Below are positions 42,881 to 56,637 of a DNA stretch of 64,000 bases, in pieces (positions within the stretch are counted from its first letter, which is position 1; the number at the start of each line of letters is the position of its first letter). The notes beneath the pieces are model-generated. The model was given only the letters and a program-made list of their open reading frames with translations, was not told where the DNA came from and did no database searches. The position numbers and the translations under genes were made by a program. This DNA comes from Dictyostelium discoideum (Eukaryota): contig CM000153.2 in the NCBI GenBank assembly GCA_000004695.1, positions 2,880,001-2,944,000 of the forward strand, read 5' to 3'.

Positions 42881-45800
42881 ACAAACACAAATGGTAATAA
42901 TAATAATAATAATAATAATGAAATTGAAACATTAACAAAAGAAGAAGAATTAGAAAAAGAAAAAGAAATACAAAGATTAAGAGATTTACAAAAACCAATA
43001 ATTTATAAGAGTTGTATACCAGCAAGTGTTGAAAATATTAAAGGTTTACCAGAGGCTATTCATTCTATAAATGAGAGAGAAATGAAAATTCAAGCAAAAG
43101 TGATAACACGTATTGATGAATTGAAGGAGATACCAACTCATTATTTACCAACTGATGTTAGAATTAGATCAGAGATTGAGAGTAAACAATTGAAACTATT
43201 GGAATTACAAAGAAAACTTCGTAATGATGTATCGTTAGAGATGGAGGATCAAGTATTGATACGTTCAATTCAAAACAATAGCAAGGGATATGATGACAAT
43301 GATTACAATCTCTACGTACGTTCAATTCCACGTTTAATCAATAGACCTATCGATCAAACTAGTTCAATCTACGATACTACTACAACTCAATTACCAGAGA
43401 GTATATTGGTGACAAATAAAAAGAAATTCTTGGAAGCAATTGCAATTCATGCAAGAGATTTCAAAGTGTTTCATAGTAACAATGAGAAATTTCTTCGTCA
43501 AAATGTTATCAAAGCAATACATCGTTATCATAAAGAGAAAGAAAAGAGAGAGATTGAACGTTTATCAAAGGAACGTATTCGTTTACTTAAAGCACGTGAT
43601 ACCGAAGGTTATAGAGATCTTTTAGCAAAAACAAAGAATGAACGTTTAGAAATGCTTTTAGGTGAAACTGATTCCCTCTTAAGTAGTATTCATCAATTAA
43701 TGGAAAAAGAACAAACTGAAAAAAGAGCACGTGAATTAGAAGAAGAATTAAAACAAAATGAAGAACAATTAAATGATCATAATGGTACAAATACTAATAA
43801 CAACAATACCACCACCACTACCACCACTACTTCTACTACAACATCAACATCATTATCAAATGAAGGTCAACCAATTGCAAATATAACTTCACCACTCCAA
43901 TCAACTACAACTATTTTAGCAAAGAAATCAAATAATTTAGTGATTGAACAACCAGATCTTATGACTGGTGGTAAATTAAAAGAATATCAAGTAACTGGTT
44001 TAGAATGGTTAATTTCATTGTATACACGTAATTTAAATGGTATTTTAGCCGATGAAATGGGTCTTGGTAAAACTGTACAAACCATTGCATTCATTTCATT
44101 CCTTTATGAACGTATGAATGTTAGAGAGCCATTCTTGGTAGTAGCACCATTGTCAACCATTAGTAATTGGGTATCAGAGTTTGCACGTTGGTCACCAAAA
44201 CTTCATGTGATCGTTTACAAGGGTAAACAAGATGAGAGAAGAGAGACAGCAAGAACCATACCAAGGAATGCATTTTGTGTAGTTATCACCTCTTTTGAAT
44301 ATATCATAAAGGATAGAAAAACATTGGGTAGGGTTCATTGGATCTATATTATCATTGATGAAGGTCATCGTATCAAAAATAAAAATAGTAAACTCTCTGT
44401 ACAATTACGTCAATATCATAGTAGAAATAGATTACTACTCACAGGTACACCATTACAAAATGATTTGGGTGAGTTGTGGGCATTGTTAAACTTTTTGTTA
44501 CCAACTATTTTCAATTCAGCTGATACTTTCCAAAATTGGTTCAATGCACCATTCCAAGCAAAGGGTAAGAATTTAATCAATGTCAACGAAGAGGAGTCTT
44601 TGATCATTATCAATCGTCTCCATCAAGTTTTAAGATTTTTCTTATTACGTCGTTTGAAATCAGATGTAGAGAGCCAACTTCCAGACAAGAAGGAAAAAGT
44701 TATCAAATGTAATATGAGTGCACTTCAAATTGCAATGTATAGATCATTGGTAGAGTATGGTGTACTCCCAATCGATCCAGATTCAAAGGAGGGTAGAAGT
44801 GGAAGATTGAAAATGAAAGGTTTCAATAATATCGTTAAACAACTTCAAAAGATTTGCAATCATCCTTACCTCTTTAAAGATGAATGGGATATCAATGAGG
44901 ATCTCATTAGAACCAGTGGTAAATTCGATACTATGGACCAAATTCTAACGAAAATGCATGCCTCCAAACATCGTGTTCTCATTTTCACTCAAATGACAGA
45001 GGTTATCAATCTAATGGAGGAGTATTTCTCTTTGAAAGAATGGACTTTTCTTCGTTTGGATGGTTCAACTAAACCAGAGGAACGTGCTCATTTGGTTGTC
45101 GAATGGAATCGTCCTGATTCACCATTTTGGATTTTCGTACTCTCAACTCATGCCGGTGGTTTAGGTATGAATTTACAAACTGCCGATACTGTAATCATTT
45201 TCGATTCCGATTGGAATCCACAAATGGATCTTCAAGCTCAAGATAGATGTCATCGTATTGGTCAAACTAATTCTGTGTCGGTGTTTCGTTTAATCTCTGC
45301 CAACTCTATCGAAGAGAAAATTCTAGGTAGAGCCACCGATAAATTGGAGATCGATGCAAAGATTATTCAAGCCGGTATGTTTAACACTCATTCCAACGAT
45401 CAAGAAAGACGTGCAAAATTGGAACAATTCCTTCATGGTTTCCCCAATAATACTTTGGATGAAGTACCAGTGGATCTAAAGGAAATCAATAAATTGATTG
45501 CTCGTGATGACTTTGAATTCAAACAATTCCAAGAGATGGATAAAGAACGTTTGAAAGTGGATCAAGCAAATTCAAAGAAAACTAGACAACCAATTAAACC
45601 ACGTCTAATGATCGAAAAAGAATTACCTGAATGGGTTTTGGCAACTCCTGTCACCGATAAGGATGAAGATATCGCTGGTAAGAAACGTTCAACCGCCATT
45701 GCTTCTGCCAATAGTTTTGTTCATGATAATTTAACCGATAATCAATATGCTAGAATGATTGAAAAGAATATGACCTTTGAACAGTATAAAGCTCATTTAG

Positions 45801-46921
45801 AGGCAAAGAAATTAAAGAATGGCAAATCTAAAAAAGATGGTGAGAAAAGTAAAAAGAAAAAAGGTAAAAGTAGAGGTAGAAAGAATAAATCTGATGATGA
45901 AGACTCTTCCGATGATGAACTTGATGATGAAGGTATTTCATCTGATGATGATGATAATAATATTAATAATAATAATAATAATAATGATAATAATAATAAA
46001 AACAATAATAATAATGATGATGAAGAAACTGGTGCTATTCAAAAACAAATCGTTGAACGTCGTCGTGCTACCCCTCAACAACGTAAACAACAACGTCAAC
46101 AACAACAAGAAAAACAAAATCATGAAAATAATAGTGATAATGAAAATCAAGATGATATTATTCAAGTTGATGATCATCCAACTAATGGTATTGAAAATAG
46201 TAGTAACAATAATAATAATGATGATAATAATAGTAATGGTAATAGTAATCAACAACAACAACAACAACAATCCAATAATGGTGAAACACCAACACCTGCT
46301 AAAAAAGGTAGAGGTAGACCAAGATTATCAAATAATCCAACTCCAATTAAAAGAAAATTAGATGATCTTAAGGGTAAATCTGATGATAGTCCAAAACCAT
46401 CAAAGAAATCTTTAATGTCTGAAACAGAAACGAGTGACAACGAACAATCAATGGATTCTGGTGATAATAGTAATAATAATAATAATAATAATAACAGTAA
46501 TAATAATAATAATAACAATGAAAAAAATAATAATAGTAATGGTGAACCAAGTGAAAATGGTAGTCAAGAAAATGTAAATGGTAATGGTAATGTGGCTTCT
46601 ACTGCTGCAACAAATGGTACATCAGTTCATACTCCAGGTAAAAGAGGTAGAAAGAAGAAGATTAGACCAAACCCTGAAGATGAAGAAAAGGATAAAGATA
46701 AAGAAAATGAAAATGAAAATGAAAATGAAAAGGAAAAGGGAAATGAAAAAGATAAGGATCCAACTTCAACCACTTCTCCTACCACAACTACCACTTCAAC
46801 TTCAGCAGGCACTTCTTCTGGTTCATCATCATCAGTTTTAAATACCCCACTTTCTCCTGAATCTCCTTTTACAACTAGATCAGGTAGAACAAGATTTCCA
46901 AAAAATTCAACTGAACAATAA
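41850..46921 (+). CDS. SNF2-family chromatin-remodelling ATPase (SWI2/SNF2-Brahma-like). join(41850..41877,41994..42085,42197..46921), ~1614 aa.
   Basis: HSA-like region (FLEAIAIHARDFKVFH…). SNF2_N motifs LADEMGLGKTVQTIAF and DEGHRIKN. Helicase-C block LDGSTKPEERA…QAQDRCHRIGQ. SnAC-like segment. C-terminal AT-hooks (GRGRPR, KRGRKKK). Two small 5' exons join in frame (GTAAGA..AG, GTAAGC..AG). Confidence 0.85.
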
Positions 46922-47112
46922 AATAACACCAACCATGTTAATCCAAACAAAAAAACAAAAAAAAAAAAAATATTTAAAAAAAAAAAATAAAAAAAAAAAT
47001 TAAAAATATCTATTTTCGTTCATTTTTTTCATTTCATTCGTTCGTTTTTTCATTTTATTTCGTTTTTTTATTTTTATTTTTATTTTTTTTTATCAAATTT
47101 CATTTTACAATA

Positions 47113-47120
47113 TCCCATAA
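47113..47120 (+). promoter_or_regulatory. DUSE upstream of U3 copy B.
   Basis: TCCCATAA about 55 nt upstream of the U3 start. Confidence 0.6.
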
Positions 47121-47172
47121 TCTGCAATGAAAATTGGGGTAAAATAAAAGAAATGTTTTATTGAAATTTAAA

Positions 47173-47387
47173 AGTTATGACCAAACTCTTAGGATCATTT
47201 CTAGAGTATCGTCTATTAAAATTATTCATCAATAATTTTTCCTCTTTCACAGCTAGGATGATGATATACACTCACTACACGAAAGCGTGAAACCGTTATT
47301 ATCGAATGATTCATTTATTCTTTATTAATATTGATGACCGTCTAATTCAGGGATGAATTGGTTGTGTGGTGGGATTCGTACTGGCTC
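47173..47387 (+). ncRNA. U3: U3 snoRNA, copy B.
   Basis: Same 215-nt sequence as copy A. Confidence 0.75.
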
Positions 47388-47540
47388 TTTTTTTAATTAA
47401 TTTAACGAAAAAAAAAAAATAAAAATTAGATATTTGTTAATAATTTTTTATTTTTTTTTTTTTATTTTTATTTTTTTTTTTTTTAATTATTATATTTTTT
47501 CTATGATATTAACAATTAGTATAAATTAAAATTAAATAAA

Positions 47541-48150
47541 ATGGGTAATTTTTTTTTTTTAAACAACAAGAAAAGGAAATTTCAATTGTTGTAGTAAACA
47601 AAGAAAGAGAACTTGATGTTTTTTTGGTATGTTTATTTTATTTTTTTCTAAATTTTTTTTTTCATAGCACTATATCGAAACTAATTACCAATTTATTATA
47701 TGTATAATATAGAACGTCTATGCAAATTCAAGTGATCAATTAATTGGTGAGAAAATTTACAAGAAAGGCGATATTGAAGAATTGGTTGGTACCAATAGTG
47801 GTCATTATTCAATTATCATTGATAGCAATGGTGAATCCGATGACGACCAACATCCAGTTGGTATTGAAACCCATTTGGTAATAAAGAGACCAAACATTTC
47901 CAATGAAACTGGTTTTGGTAGTTTCGCACATAGGAACTATAATTCAGATAAATTAATTAAAACAGTAAAAGTTGGTAAAGCACTTTTATTACATACAAAA
48001 GAATATGTTGAGGCTGATAATTGTAACAAATTTTTCATTCTTGTTAAACATTTTAATGATTTATTTTATAAATTCATTCAAGAACAATGTAGTGGTGACA
48101 TTTACTGGGTAGAAAGAATAATTGCCATAACTATGCAAGATTTTGCTTAG
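47541..48150 (+). CDS. LRAT/H-RAS-like suppressor (NlpC/P60 superfamily) small protein, copy 1. Exon 2 is 47713..48150. Exon 1 (47541..47626) is frame-ambiguous.
   Basis: GHYSIIID…THLVIK (His box) and EADNCNKFF (NCEHF-like catalytic Cys motif). Donor ttg|GTATGT at 47627, acceptor atatAG at 47712. A 12-T homopolymer puts the exon-1 ATG out of frame by 2 relative to copy 2. That is either a sequencing error or a real lesion. Confidence 0.5.
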
Positions 48151-48528
48151 AATATTTGCATTTATCATGGCCTGATTCTGTTGTATAACCAACCGATGAC
48201 TATCCATTTTTATTGGATGTTTTAAAAATCCAAAAATGTCCATCGATTGCAACAAACCAATCATAAAAATTTCCCTAAAACATTTGAGAAAAAATAAAAA
48301 AAAAAAAAAAAAAAAAAATAATAATAATAATAAATTATATTCTCATAGTAATTAATTAAATTAAAAATTAATTTATAACATGATTTTTAATAAAATTAAT
48401 TTTCATATCTTTTTTGAATAAATTATAGAATTTTTTACAATTAATAAAAAAGGCCAAAAACAGATAATTGTTATTTTGTTTTATTTTATATTATTTTTTT
48501 TTTTTACTTTAATATATTAAAAACCTAT

Positions 48529-50101
48529 TTAGTTGAATTCTTTTCCAAATACTTTTTCAAAGTAAGATATTAATGTATAATTATTAGATGATGATTGGTT
48601 TTTTAAAGTTTCTTCAAATATTTCTAGATTTGGTTTAAAATTTAAGTCTTTAATTATAAAATCAATAAAGTCAATATATCCATATTGAAAAGAAGTCTCG
48701 AATATACCTTCAAAACCGATTGTTGCAATTTCATCTTTATATTTTTTATAAATATTAAGGTTTCCATAAATTCGAGCAGCATTTTTAGTTACTGCAATTA
48801 ATTCAAAGAAAGGTCCATATGGTCGTGTTTGTTCATTTAGTTGTTGTTGTCTTGAATTTATTAAAAATTCAATTGTTGATATATCATTTTTTTTAACGAT
48901 TTCCAAAACTGTTTTAATCTCAACAAAATTTCCATATCTATTATATCCATTGTTTGAAAATATCATTTCTTTCATTTTATCAAATTGACCATTTAAATAA
49001 TAGCAAGTAAATAATCCTTCATTATCATCAGTTTTAATTTTATGGGGATAATTTTTTAAAATATGATATTTGTTTTCAACTTCTAGATAAATATATCTTA
49101 AACTTTCAATTTTACTATTTTCAATACAATCTATTAGTTTGTTTAAAGTTGATACTTGAATTTCTTTATATGGTTTTCTTGTAAATTGTTGGTCAATATA
49201 TTTTTTTAAATTAATATTATTTTTGAAATCATTAAAATTTTCAATCATAAAATTAATATCACATTTTAAAATTGAAATATTTTTTTGACTAGATAATAAT
49301 GTATATTGTTGATAATAATTATTTTTAAAATGGTTTGCAATTTTATAATTTGAAATTATTTGACCAAAACAAAATGATTTTTCAATTACAGTTGGTCCAG
49401 AAAGTTTTTCAAGTTGATTTTTAATATAATCAAACATCAATGGTGATTTAATTGATTCAATCACTGATGTATTACAAATTGGCGGAAGACTCTCAAATGC
49501 CATCTTAACCAACTCGATATCATCTGATAATATGACCTCTTTAATTAAGTCGATTTTAATATTTGGAATTGATTCAGAATAAATAGCTGGAATTTGTTCG
49601 ATTGCATCTTTATAATATTGATGAATTAATTCTTTTTGATTTTTAACAAAACGAAATTTACTATCTGAAAATTTACCAGTTTGTACTTCTTGAAATGGAT
49701 GTTTGTATTCAATTCTACCAAAAGAAGAAAATTTTTCAGGATAAAATATACCAAACATATTTGGATGAAGACATGAACTAGGTTGTGATTTTAAATCTTC
49801 ATTTGATATCATTTTGCTATTGTATTTAAATTTATGAAATAAAAAATTTTCAATTATACTTTCTTTTTTAAAAATGTGTATTATTGCCATTTCATAAATT
49901 GATTTAACTCTTTCATCATTTGGGTTGAATTCACCAATTGTTGTTGATAACTCTTGTTTTGTAAATGATTTTGAAATTTCATTTAGTTCATTTTGATTTT
50001 TAAAACTTTTAAAACTTTTAATTTCATTTATATATTTTATTACTTGGTTTTGATTATTTTTCATTTGATCATTCTTTGAAGGTAATATAAATGGATTGTT
50101 A

Positions 50102-50172
<71 letters not shown>

Positions 50173-50194
50173 TTTATTATCATTATTTTTATTA

Positions 50195-50273
<79 letters not shown>

Positions 50274-51348
50274 CATTATTATTATTATTTTTATTACTAC
50301 TATTGTTGTCGTCATTCAAAATTGACTTTAATTTTGGTTTATATGAATCACTAAAACAATTTAAATTATTTAACCTTAAAATTGTTTTACATAAATCTAT
50401 AATTGAAGATAAAGGATAAGAGAATGCATAAAGTTGAATACAAAGTTTTGTATTTTTTGAATTTAATGATTCATTTGGTGTTTCGTTGATAAATTGTGGT
50501 ATTTTAATCTTTTCAATTAAAAATTCAATCTTTTCATTAAAGTTATTATTATCTTTAGTGAAATAAATATTTTCAGGTGAAAATACAGTTTCAAACCATA
50601 TACTATTTAATTGCGATTCTGTAATATCATCATTTGATTTAAATAATTGATTGAAAATATATTGTGCAACTTTTAATGACCCAATTGCAATAGCATTTTT
50701 AAAAAAGTTAAATGATAATTTTTTACCATTTGAATAATAATAATATTCATTAATTACTTTCATCGATGCAACATTATCATAAACCAATGATAAATATTTA
50801 ATTTCTCTTAATGATTTTAATTTTTTATTTTTAATACCATCATCATTAATTTCTGTTGACAATGGTGGCAATTGAAAATATAATTTATAATTTTTAAATA
50901 AATTTTTAAAAAATTCTTCATCATCTTTGAAAACATTGAAAATTGATGATTTATAATAAACTCTTATTTTTTTAAATTTTTTAGCATCTAATTTATCTCT
51001 TGATAAATTTATAGGTAAATAAGTTTTATTTAAATCACCTCTCGAGTTTGAATCGGTTTGCTGATCATCTTCTGGTGAATTACTACTGAATATTAATTGT
51101 TCACCTCTGATAACTTTACATTTTAATAATTCTGTATAACCATTTTTTATCATCCATCCTACTCTAACAATTTCTTCATATCTATAAATCCCATTTCTAA
51201 ATTCTGATTTTAAACTTGTGAATATTAAATTTTTTATATATTTATTTCTAAAAACAGAAAAAAATAATTTTTCAATGTCATAATTATTATTATGATTATT
51301 ATTATTTTCAATCTTTAATTTTTTTTTATAACGAAATGGATCATCCAT
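48529..51348 (-). CDS. Hypothetical 939-aa protein, lineage-specific family, paralog A of the tandem pair.
   Basis: Intact ORF, ~85% identical to 53402..56143. (AAT)n-encoded poly-N insert present only in this copy. Confidence 0.6.
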
Positions 51349-51584
51349 TTATGATTTTGATTTCAAAAAAAAAAAAACAAAATTTTTTTTTTTTTTTTAA
51401 GATTTTTTTTTTTTTTTGATCAATAAAAAATAAATAATAAAGAAAAAAAAATCTTTTTAAAAAATAAAAAAAAAATGTAATAAAAACACAAAAAGAAAAT
51501 TTAATTTTAAACTTTTTTCTAAAAATTTTATACTTTTTTCTTTTTATTTTTTCGTTATTTTTTAATTTTTTTTTTAATTTTTAA

Positions 51585-51592
51585 TCCCATAA
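51585..51592 (+). promoter_or_regulatory. DUSE upstream of U3 copy C.
   Basis: TCCCATAA. Confidence 0.6.
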
Positions 51593-51643
51593 TTGTATTA
51601 ATTAATTGATATAAATAAAAGAAATGATTTATTGAAATTTAAA

Positions 51644-51858
51644 AGTTATGACCAAACTCTTAGGATCATTTCTAGAGTATCGTCTATTAAAATTATTCAT
51701 CAATAATTTTTCCTCTTTCACAGCTAGGATGATGATACACACTCACTACACGAAAGCGTGAAACCGTTATTATCGAATGATTCATTTATTCTTTATTAAT
51801 ATTGATGACCGTCTAATTCAGGGATGAATTGGTTGTGTGGTGGGATTCGTACTGGCTC
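51644..51858 (+). ncRNA. U3: U3 snoRNA, copy C.
   Basis: Same sequence as the other copies. Confidence 0.75.
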
Positions 51859-52276
51859 TTTTTTTAATTAATTTAATGAAACAAAAATAATTTTATAAAA
51901 AAATTGGTAAATCAGATTTCATCCAATAAAGGCAATAATTAATGATGTTATTTTATTAATAAAAATTATTATTTTCATTTTTTTTTTTTAAATTTTAAAT
52001 TAAATATAATAAAAAAAAACTAATTAATTTTTGATGATATTTCTTGATTTTTTTTTTATTTTGTGAAAATAAAATTAAAGGAAGTAAAAAAATAAATAAT
52101 TAAAAAAAAAAAAAAAATTTTTATATATTTTATTTTATTATTTTGACACATTTATATACACTTTTTTTTTTTTATAATATATTTTTTTTTTTTTTTAATA
52201 ATTTTTTTTTTTTTTTTTAGTTATTTTTTTTTTTTTTTCTGATGTTAATAATTAGTAAAAATTAAAATTAAATAAA

Positions 52277-52920
52277 ATGGGTAATTATTTTTTTAAACAA
52301 CAAGAAAAGGAAATGTCAATTGTTGTAGTAAACAAAGAAAGAGAACTTGATGTTTATTTGGTATGTTTATTTTATTTTTCAAAATTTTTTTTTTTTTCAC
52401 AGTACTATATTGAAACTAACTAATAATTTATTAATGTATAATACAGAACGTCTATGCAAATTCAAGTGATCAATTAATTGGTGAGAAAATTTACAAGAGA
52501 GGTGCTATCGAAGAATTAGTTGGTACAAATAGTGGTCATTATTCAATTGTCATTGATAGAAATGGTGAGTAGGATGACGACCAACATCCAGTTGGTATTG
52601 AAATCCATTTGGTAATGAAGAGACCATACATTTCCAATGAAACTGGTTTTGGTAGCGCCCCAAGAAACTATATTTCAGATAAATTAATTAAAACAGTAAA
52701 AGTTGGCAAAGCACTTTTATTACAAACAAAAGAATACGTCGAGGCTGATAATTTTAAAAAAGGTGTCATTCTTGGTCAACATTTCAATAATTTATTTTAT
52801 AAATTCATTCAAGAACAATGTAGTGGTGACATTTACTGGGGTAGAAAGAATAATTGCCATAACTATGCAAGATTTTGCTTAGAATATTTGCATTTATCAT
52901 GGCCTGATTCTGTTGTATAA
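52277..52920 (+). pseudogene. LRAT/NlpC-P60-like gene, copy 2, probably a pseudogene. Exon 1 is 52277..52360; exon 2 from 52447.
   Basis: Exon 1 is intact (MGNYFFKQQEKEMSIVVVNKERELDVYL). An in-frame TAG lies in exon 2 at ~52570 (GGTGAGTAG where copy 1 has GGTGAATCC). The catalytic Cys codon is lost (DNFKKG versus DNCNKF). The C-terminal frame differs from copy 1 by one G. Confidence 0.5.
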
Positions 52921-53401
52921 CCAACCGATGACTATCCATTTTTATTGGATGTTTTAAAAATCCAAAAATGTCCATCAATTGCAACAAACCAAACCTCTAA
53001 TCAAACAAATTAAAAAAACAATAAACTTTTATTCTTTATTATTATTTTTTTTTTTCATAAAATGATATCATTTATCATTAAATATAATAATATTATATTA
53101 TTTAATTTATTTTATTTATTTTAAAATCTTTTAAATGATGTTTAAGGTAGTTTTTCACACATTTTATATATGATTGTTTAAAGTTAAATAAAATTTTATT
53201 GGTATGGTGTTTGTATTTATTGTGTTTTTTTTTGCTTGTATGTGTGGAAACTCTGCCAACTAGGTTGGAACGAAAAATTTGAAATGGATCGAATTGAACA
53301 AGTTTTTTTAATATTCAAAAAAGGAATTAAAAAGTTTTGCCAGTATTAAAAAAGGCAAAAAACAGATAAATGACATTGTTATTTGTTTATTTAATACTAT
53401 T

Positions 53402-56143
53402 TTATTTTAATATTGAAAAACCTATTTGGTTGGGTTCTTTTCCAAATACTTTTTCAAAGTAAGATGTTAATGTATAATTATTAGATGATGATTGATTTTT
53501 TAAAGTTTCTTCAAATCTAGAAAGATTTGGTTCAAATTTTAAATCTTTAATTATAAAATCAATAATGTCAATATATCCATATTGAAAAGAAATATAGAAA
53601 TCACCTTCAAAATCCATTGTTTCAAAATAATCTTTAAGGTTTTTTAAAATATTAAGGTTTCCATAAATTCGAGCAGCATTTTTAAGTGCCCTAATTAATT
53701 CAATGAAAAGTTCTTTTGGTCTTGTTTGTTGTGTTTGATCATTTTGTTGTTGTAGTTGTTGTCTTGAATTTATTAAAAATTCAATTGTTGATATATCATT
53801 TCTTTTAACGATTTCAAAAATTGTATAAATTTCAACAAATCTAACACATCCATTTTCTGAAAATATCATTTCTTTCATTTTATCAAATTGACCATTTAAA
53901 TAATAGCAAGTAAATAATCCTTCATTATCATCAGTTTTAATTTTATGAGGATAATTTTTTAAAACATGATAATGGCATTCAACTTTTGGACAAATATATC
54001 TTAAACTTTCAATTTTACTATTTTCAATACAATCTATTAATTTATTTAAAGTTGAAACTTGAATTTCTTCATTTGATTTTCTTGTAAATTGTTGACCAAT
54101 GTATGTATTTAAATTAATATTATTTTTGAAATCATTAAAATTTTCAATCATAAAATTAATATCACATTTTGAAATTGAAATATTTTCTTGACCAGAAAAT
54201 AATGAATATTGTTGATAATAATAATTTTTAAAATGGTTTGCAATTTTATAATTTGAAATGATTTGATCGAAACAAAGTGAATTTTCAGTTGGTTTAGAAA
54301 GTTTTTCAAGTTGATTTTTAATATAATCAAACATCAATGGTGATTTAATTGATTCAATCACTGATGTATTAAAATTTAGTGGATGAAGACTCTCAAATAC
54401 CATCTTAACCAACTCAATATCATCTGATAATATGACCTCTTTAATTAAGTCTATTTTAATATTACCAGAAAAGTGAGCTGGAATTTGTTCGATTGCATCT
54501 TTATAATATTGATGAATTAATTCTTTTTGATTTTTAACAAAACAAAATTTACTATCTGGAAATTTACCAATTTGTACTTTTTCAAATGGATTTTTATAAT
54601 CAATTTTAGCAAAAGAAGAAAATTTTTCAATTTGTATTTTTTCATGATTTTTATAATCACTACTAATAAAAGCAAAAGGTGAAGAAATTTTTTCAAGATA
54701 AAATATACCAAACATATTTGGATGAAGACATGAACTAGGTTGTGATTTTAAATCTTCATTTGATATCATTTTGCTATTGTATTTAAATTTATGAAATAAA
54801 AAATTTTCAATTATACTTTCTTTTTTAAAAATGTGTATTATTGCCATTTCATAAATTTTTTTAACTCTTTTATCATTTGACTTGAATTCACCGATTTTTG
54901 TTGATAACTCTTGTTCTGTAAATGATTTTGAAATTTTATTTAATTCATCTAGATTTTTAAAACTTTTAAAACTTTTAATTTCATTTATATATTTTATTAC
55001 TTGGTTTTGATTATTTTTCATTTGATCATTTTTTAAAGATAATGTAAATGGATTGTTATTTTTATTATTATTATTATTACTATTGTTGTCATTCAAAATT
55101 GATTCCAGTTTTGATTTATATGAATCATTATTTAAAATATTTAGTAGTAAAATTGTTTTACATAAACCTATTATTAAAGATAAAGGATAAGAGAATGCAT
55201 AAAGTTGAATACAAAGTTTTGTATTTTTTGAATTTAATGATTCATTTGGTGTTTCGTTGATAAATTGTGGTATTTTAATTTCTTCAATTAAAAATTCAAT
55301 CTTTTCATTAAAATTATTATTATCTTTAGTGAAATAAATATTTTCAGGTACAAATACGGTTTCAGACCATATACTATTTAATTGTGATTCTGTAATTTCA
55401 TCATTTGATTTAAATAATTGATTGAAAATATATTGTGCAACTTTTAATGACCCAATTGCAATAGCATTTTTAAAAAAGTTGAATGATAACTTTTTACCAT
55501 TTGAATAATAATAATATTCATTAATTACTTTAATTGATGCCACATTATCATAAACCAATGACAAATATTTAATTTCTCTTAATGATTTTAATTTTTTATT
55601 TTTAATACCATCATCGTCATCATTGTCATCATCATTAATTTCTTTTTCTTGATTTTTTTGATTTTGTTCTGGTAATTGAAAATATAATTTATAATTTTTA
55701 AATAAATTTTTAAAAAATTCTTCATCATCTTTGAAAACATTGAAAATTGATGATTTATAATAAACTCTTTTTTTTTTAAATTTTTTAACATCTAATTTAT
55801 CTCTTGATAAATTTATAGGTAAATAAGTGTTATCGAAATCACCTCTCAATTTTGAATCATAATAAGTTTGTGGACCATCTTCTGGTGAATTACTACTGAA
55901 TATTAATTGTTCACCTCTGATAACTTTACATTTTAATAATTCTGTATAACCATTTTTTATCATCCATCCCACTCTAACAATTTCTTCATATCTATAAATC
56001 CCATTTCTAAATTCTGATTTTAAACTTGTGAATATTAAATTTTTTATATATTTATTTCTAAAAACAGAAAAAAATAATTTTTCAATATTGTTATTATTAT
56101 TTTCAATTTTTAATTTTTTTTTATAACGAAATGGATCATCCAT
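53402..56143 (-). CDS. Hypothetical 913-aa protein, paralog B of the tandem pair.
   Basis: Intact ORF, collinear with 48529..51348. Confidence 0.6.
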   Translation of the reverse strand: MDDPFRYKKKLKIENNNNNIEKLFFSVFRNKYIKNLIFTSLKSEFRNGIYRYEEIVRVGWMIKNGYTELLKCKVIRGEQLIFSSNSPEDGPQTYYDSKLRGDFDNTYLPINLSRDKLDVKKFKKKRVYYKSSIFNVFKDDEEFFKNLFKNYKLYFQLPEQNQKNQEKEINDDDNDDDDGIKNKKLKSLREIKYLSLVYDNVASIKVINEYYYYSNGKKLSFNFFKNAIAIGSLKVAQYIFNQLFKSNDEITESQLNSIWSETVFVPENIYFTKDNNNFNEKIEFLIEEIKIPQFINETPNESLNSKNTKLCIQLYAFSYPLSLIIGLCKTILLLNILNNDSYKSKLESILNDNNSNNNNNKNNNPFTLSLKNDQMKNNQNQVIKYINEIKSFKSFKNLDELNKISKSFTEQELSTKIGEFKSNDKRVKKIYEMAIIHIFKKESIIENFLFHKFKYNSKMISNEDLKSQPSSCLHPNMFGIFYLEKISSPFAFISSDYKNHEKIQIEKFSSFAKIDYKNPFEKVQIGKFPDSKFCFVKNQKELIHQYYKDAIEQIPAHFSGNIKIDLIKEVILSDDIELVKMVFESLHPLNFNTSVIESIKSPLMFDYIKNQLEKLSKPTENSLCFDQIISNYKIANHFKNYYYQQYSLFSGQENISISKCDINFMIENFNDFKNNINLNTYIGQQFTRKSNEEIQVSTLNKLIDCIENSKIESLRYICPKVECHYHVLKNYPHKIKTDDNEGLFTCYYLNGQFDKMKEMIFSENGCVRFVEIYTIFEIVKRNDISTIEFLINSRQQLQQQNDQTQQTRPKELFIELIRALKNAARIYGNLNILKNLKDYFETMDFEGDFYISFQYGYIDIIDFIIKDLKFEPNLSRFEETLKNQSSSNNYTLTSYFEKVFGKEPNQIGFSILK

Positions 56144-56363
56144 TTATGATTTATTAATAATTTAAAAAAAAAAAAAAAAAAAACAATAAAAAAAAAAAAC
56201 TTTTTTAATAAAAAAAACTTAATTTAATAAAGAAAAAAAAAAATAAAGAAATAATAAAGAAAAAAAACCCTTAATTTGAAAAAAAAAAAAATTTTAAAAA
56301 AAAAAAAAAAAAAATGGAGGGAAAAAAATTAGGTTTTCATTTTTTTTTTTTTTTTTTTTTTAA

Positions 56364-56371
56364 TCCCATAA
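56364..56371 (+). promoter_or_regulatory. DUSE upstream of U3 copy D.
   Basis: TCCCATAA. Confidence 0.6.
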
Positions 56372-56422
56372 TTTCTTTAATTAATTTATATAAATAAAAC
56401 AAATGTTTTATTGAAATTTAAA

Positions 56423-56637
56423 AGTTATGACCAAACTCTTAGGATCATTTCTAGAGTATCGTCTATTAAAATTATTCATCAATAATTTTTCCTCTTTCAC
56501 AGCTAGGATGATGATACACACTCACTACACGAAAGCGTGAAACCGTTATTATCGAATGATTCATTTATTCTTTATTAACATTGATGACCGTCTAATTCAG
56601 GGATGAATTGGTTGTGTGGTGGGATTCGTACTGGCTC
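56423..56637 (+). ncRNA. U3: U3 snoRNA, copy D.
   Basis: Same sequence as the other copies. Confidence 0.75.
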
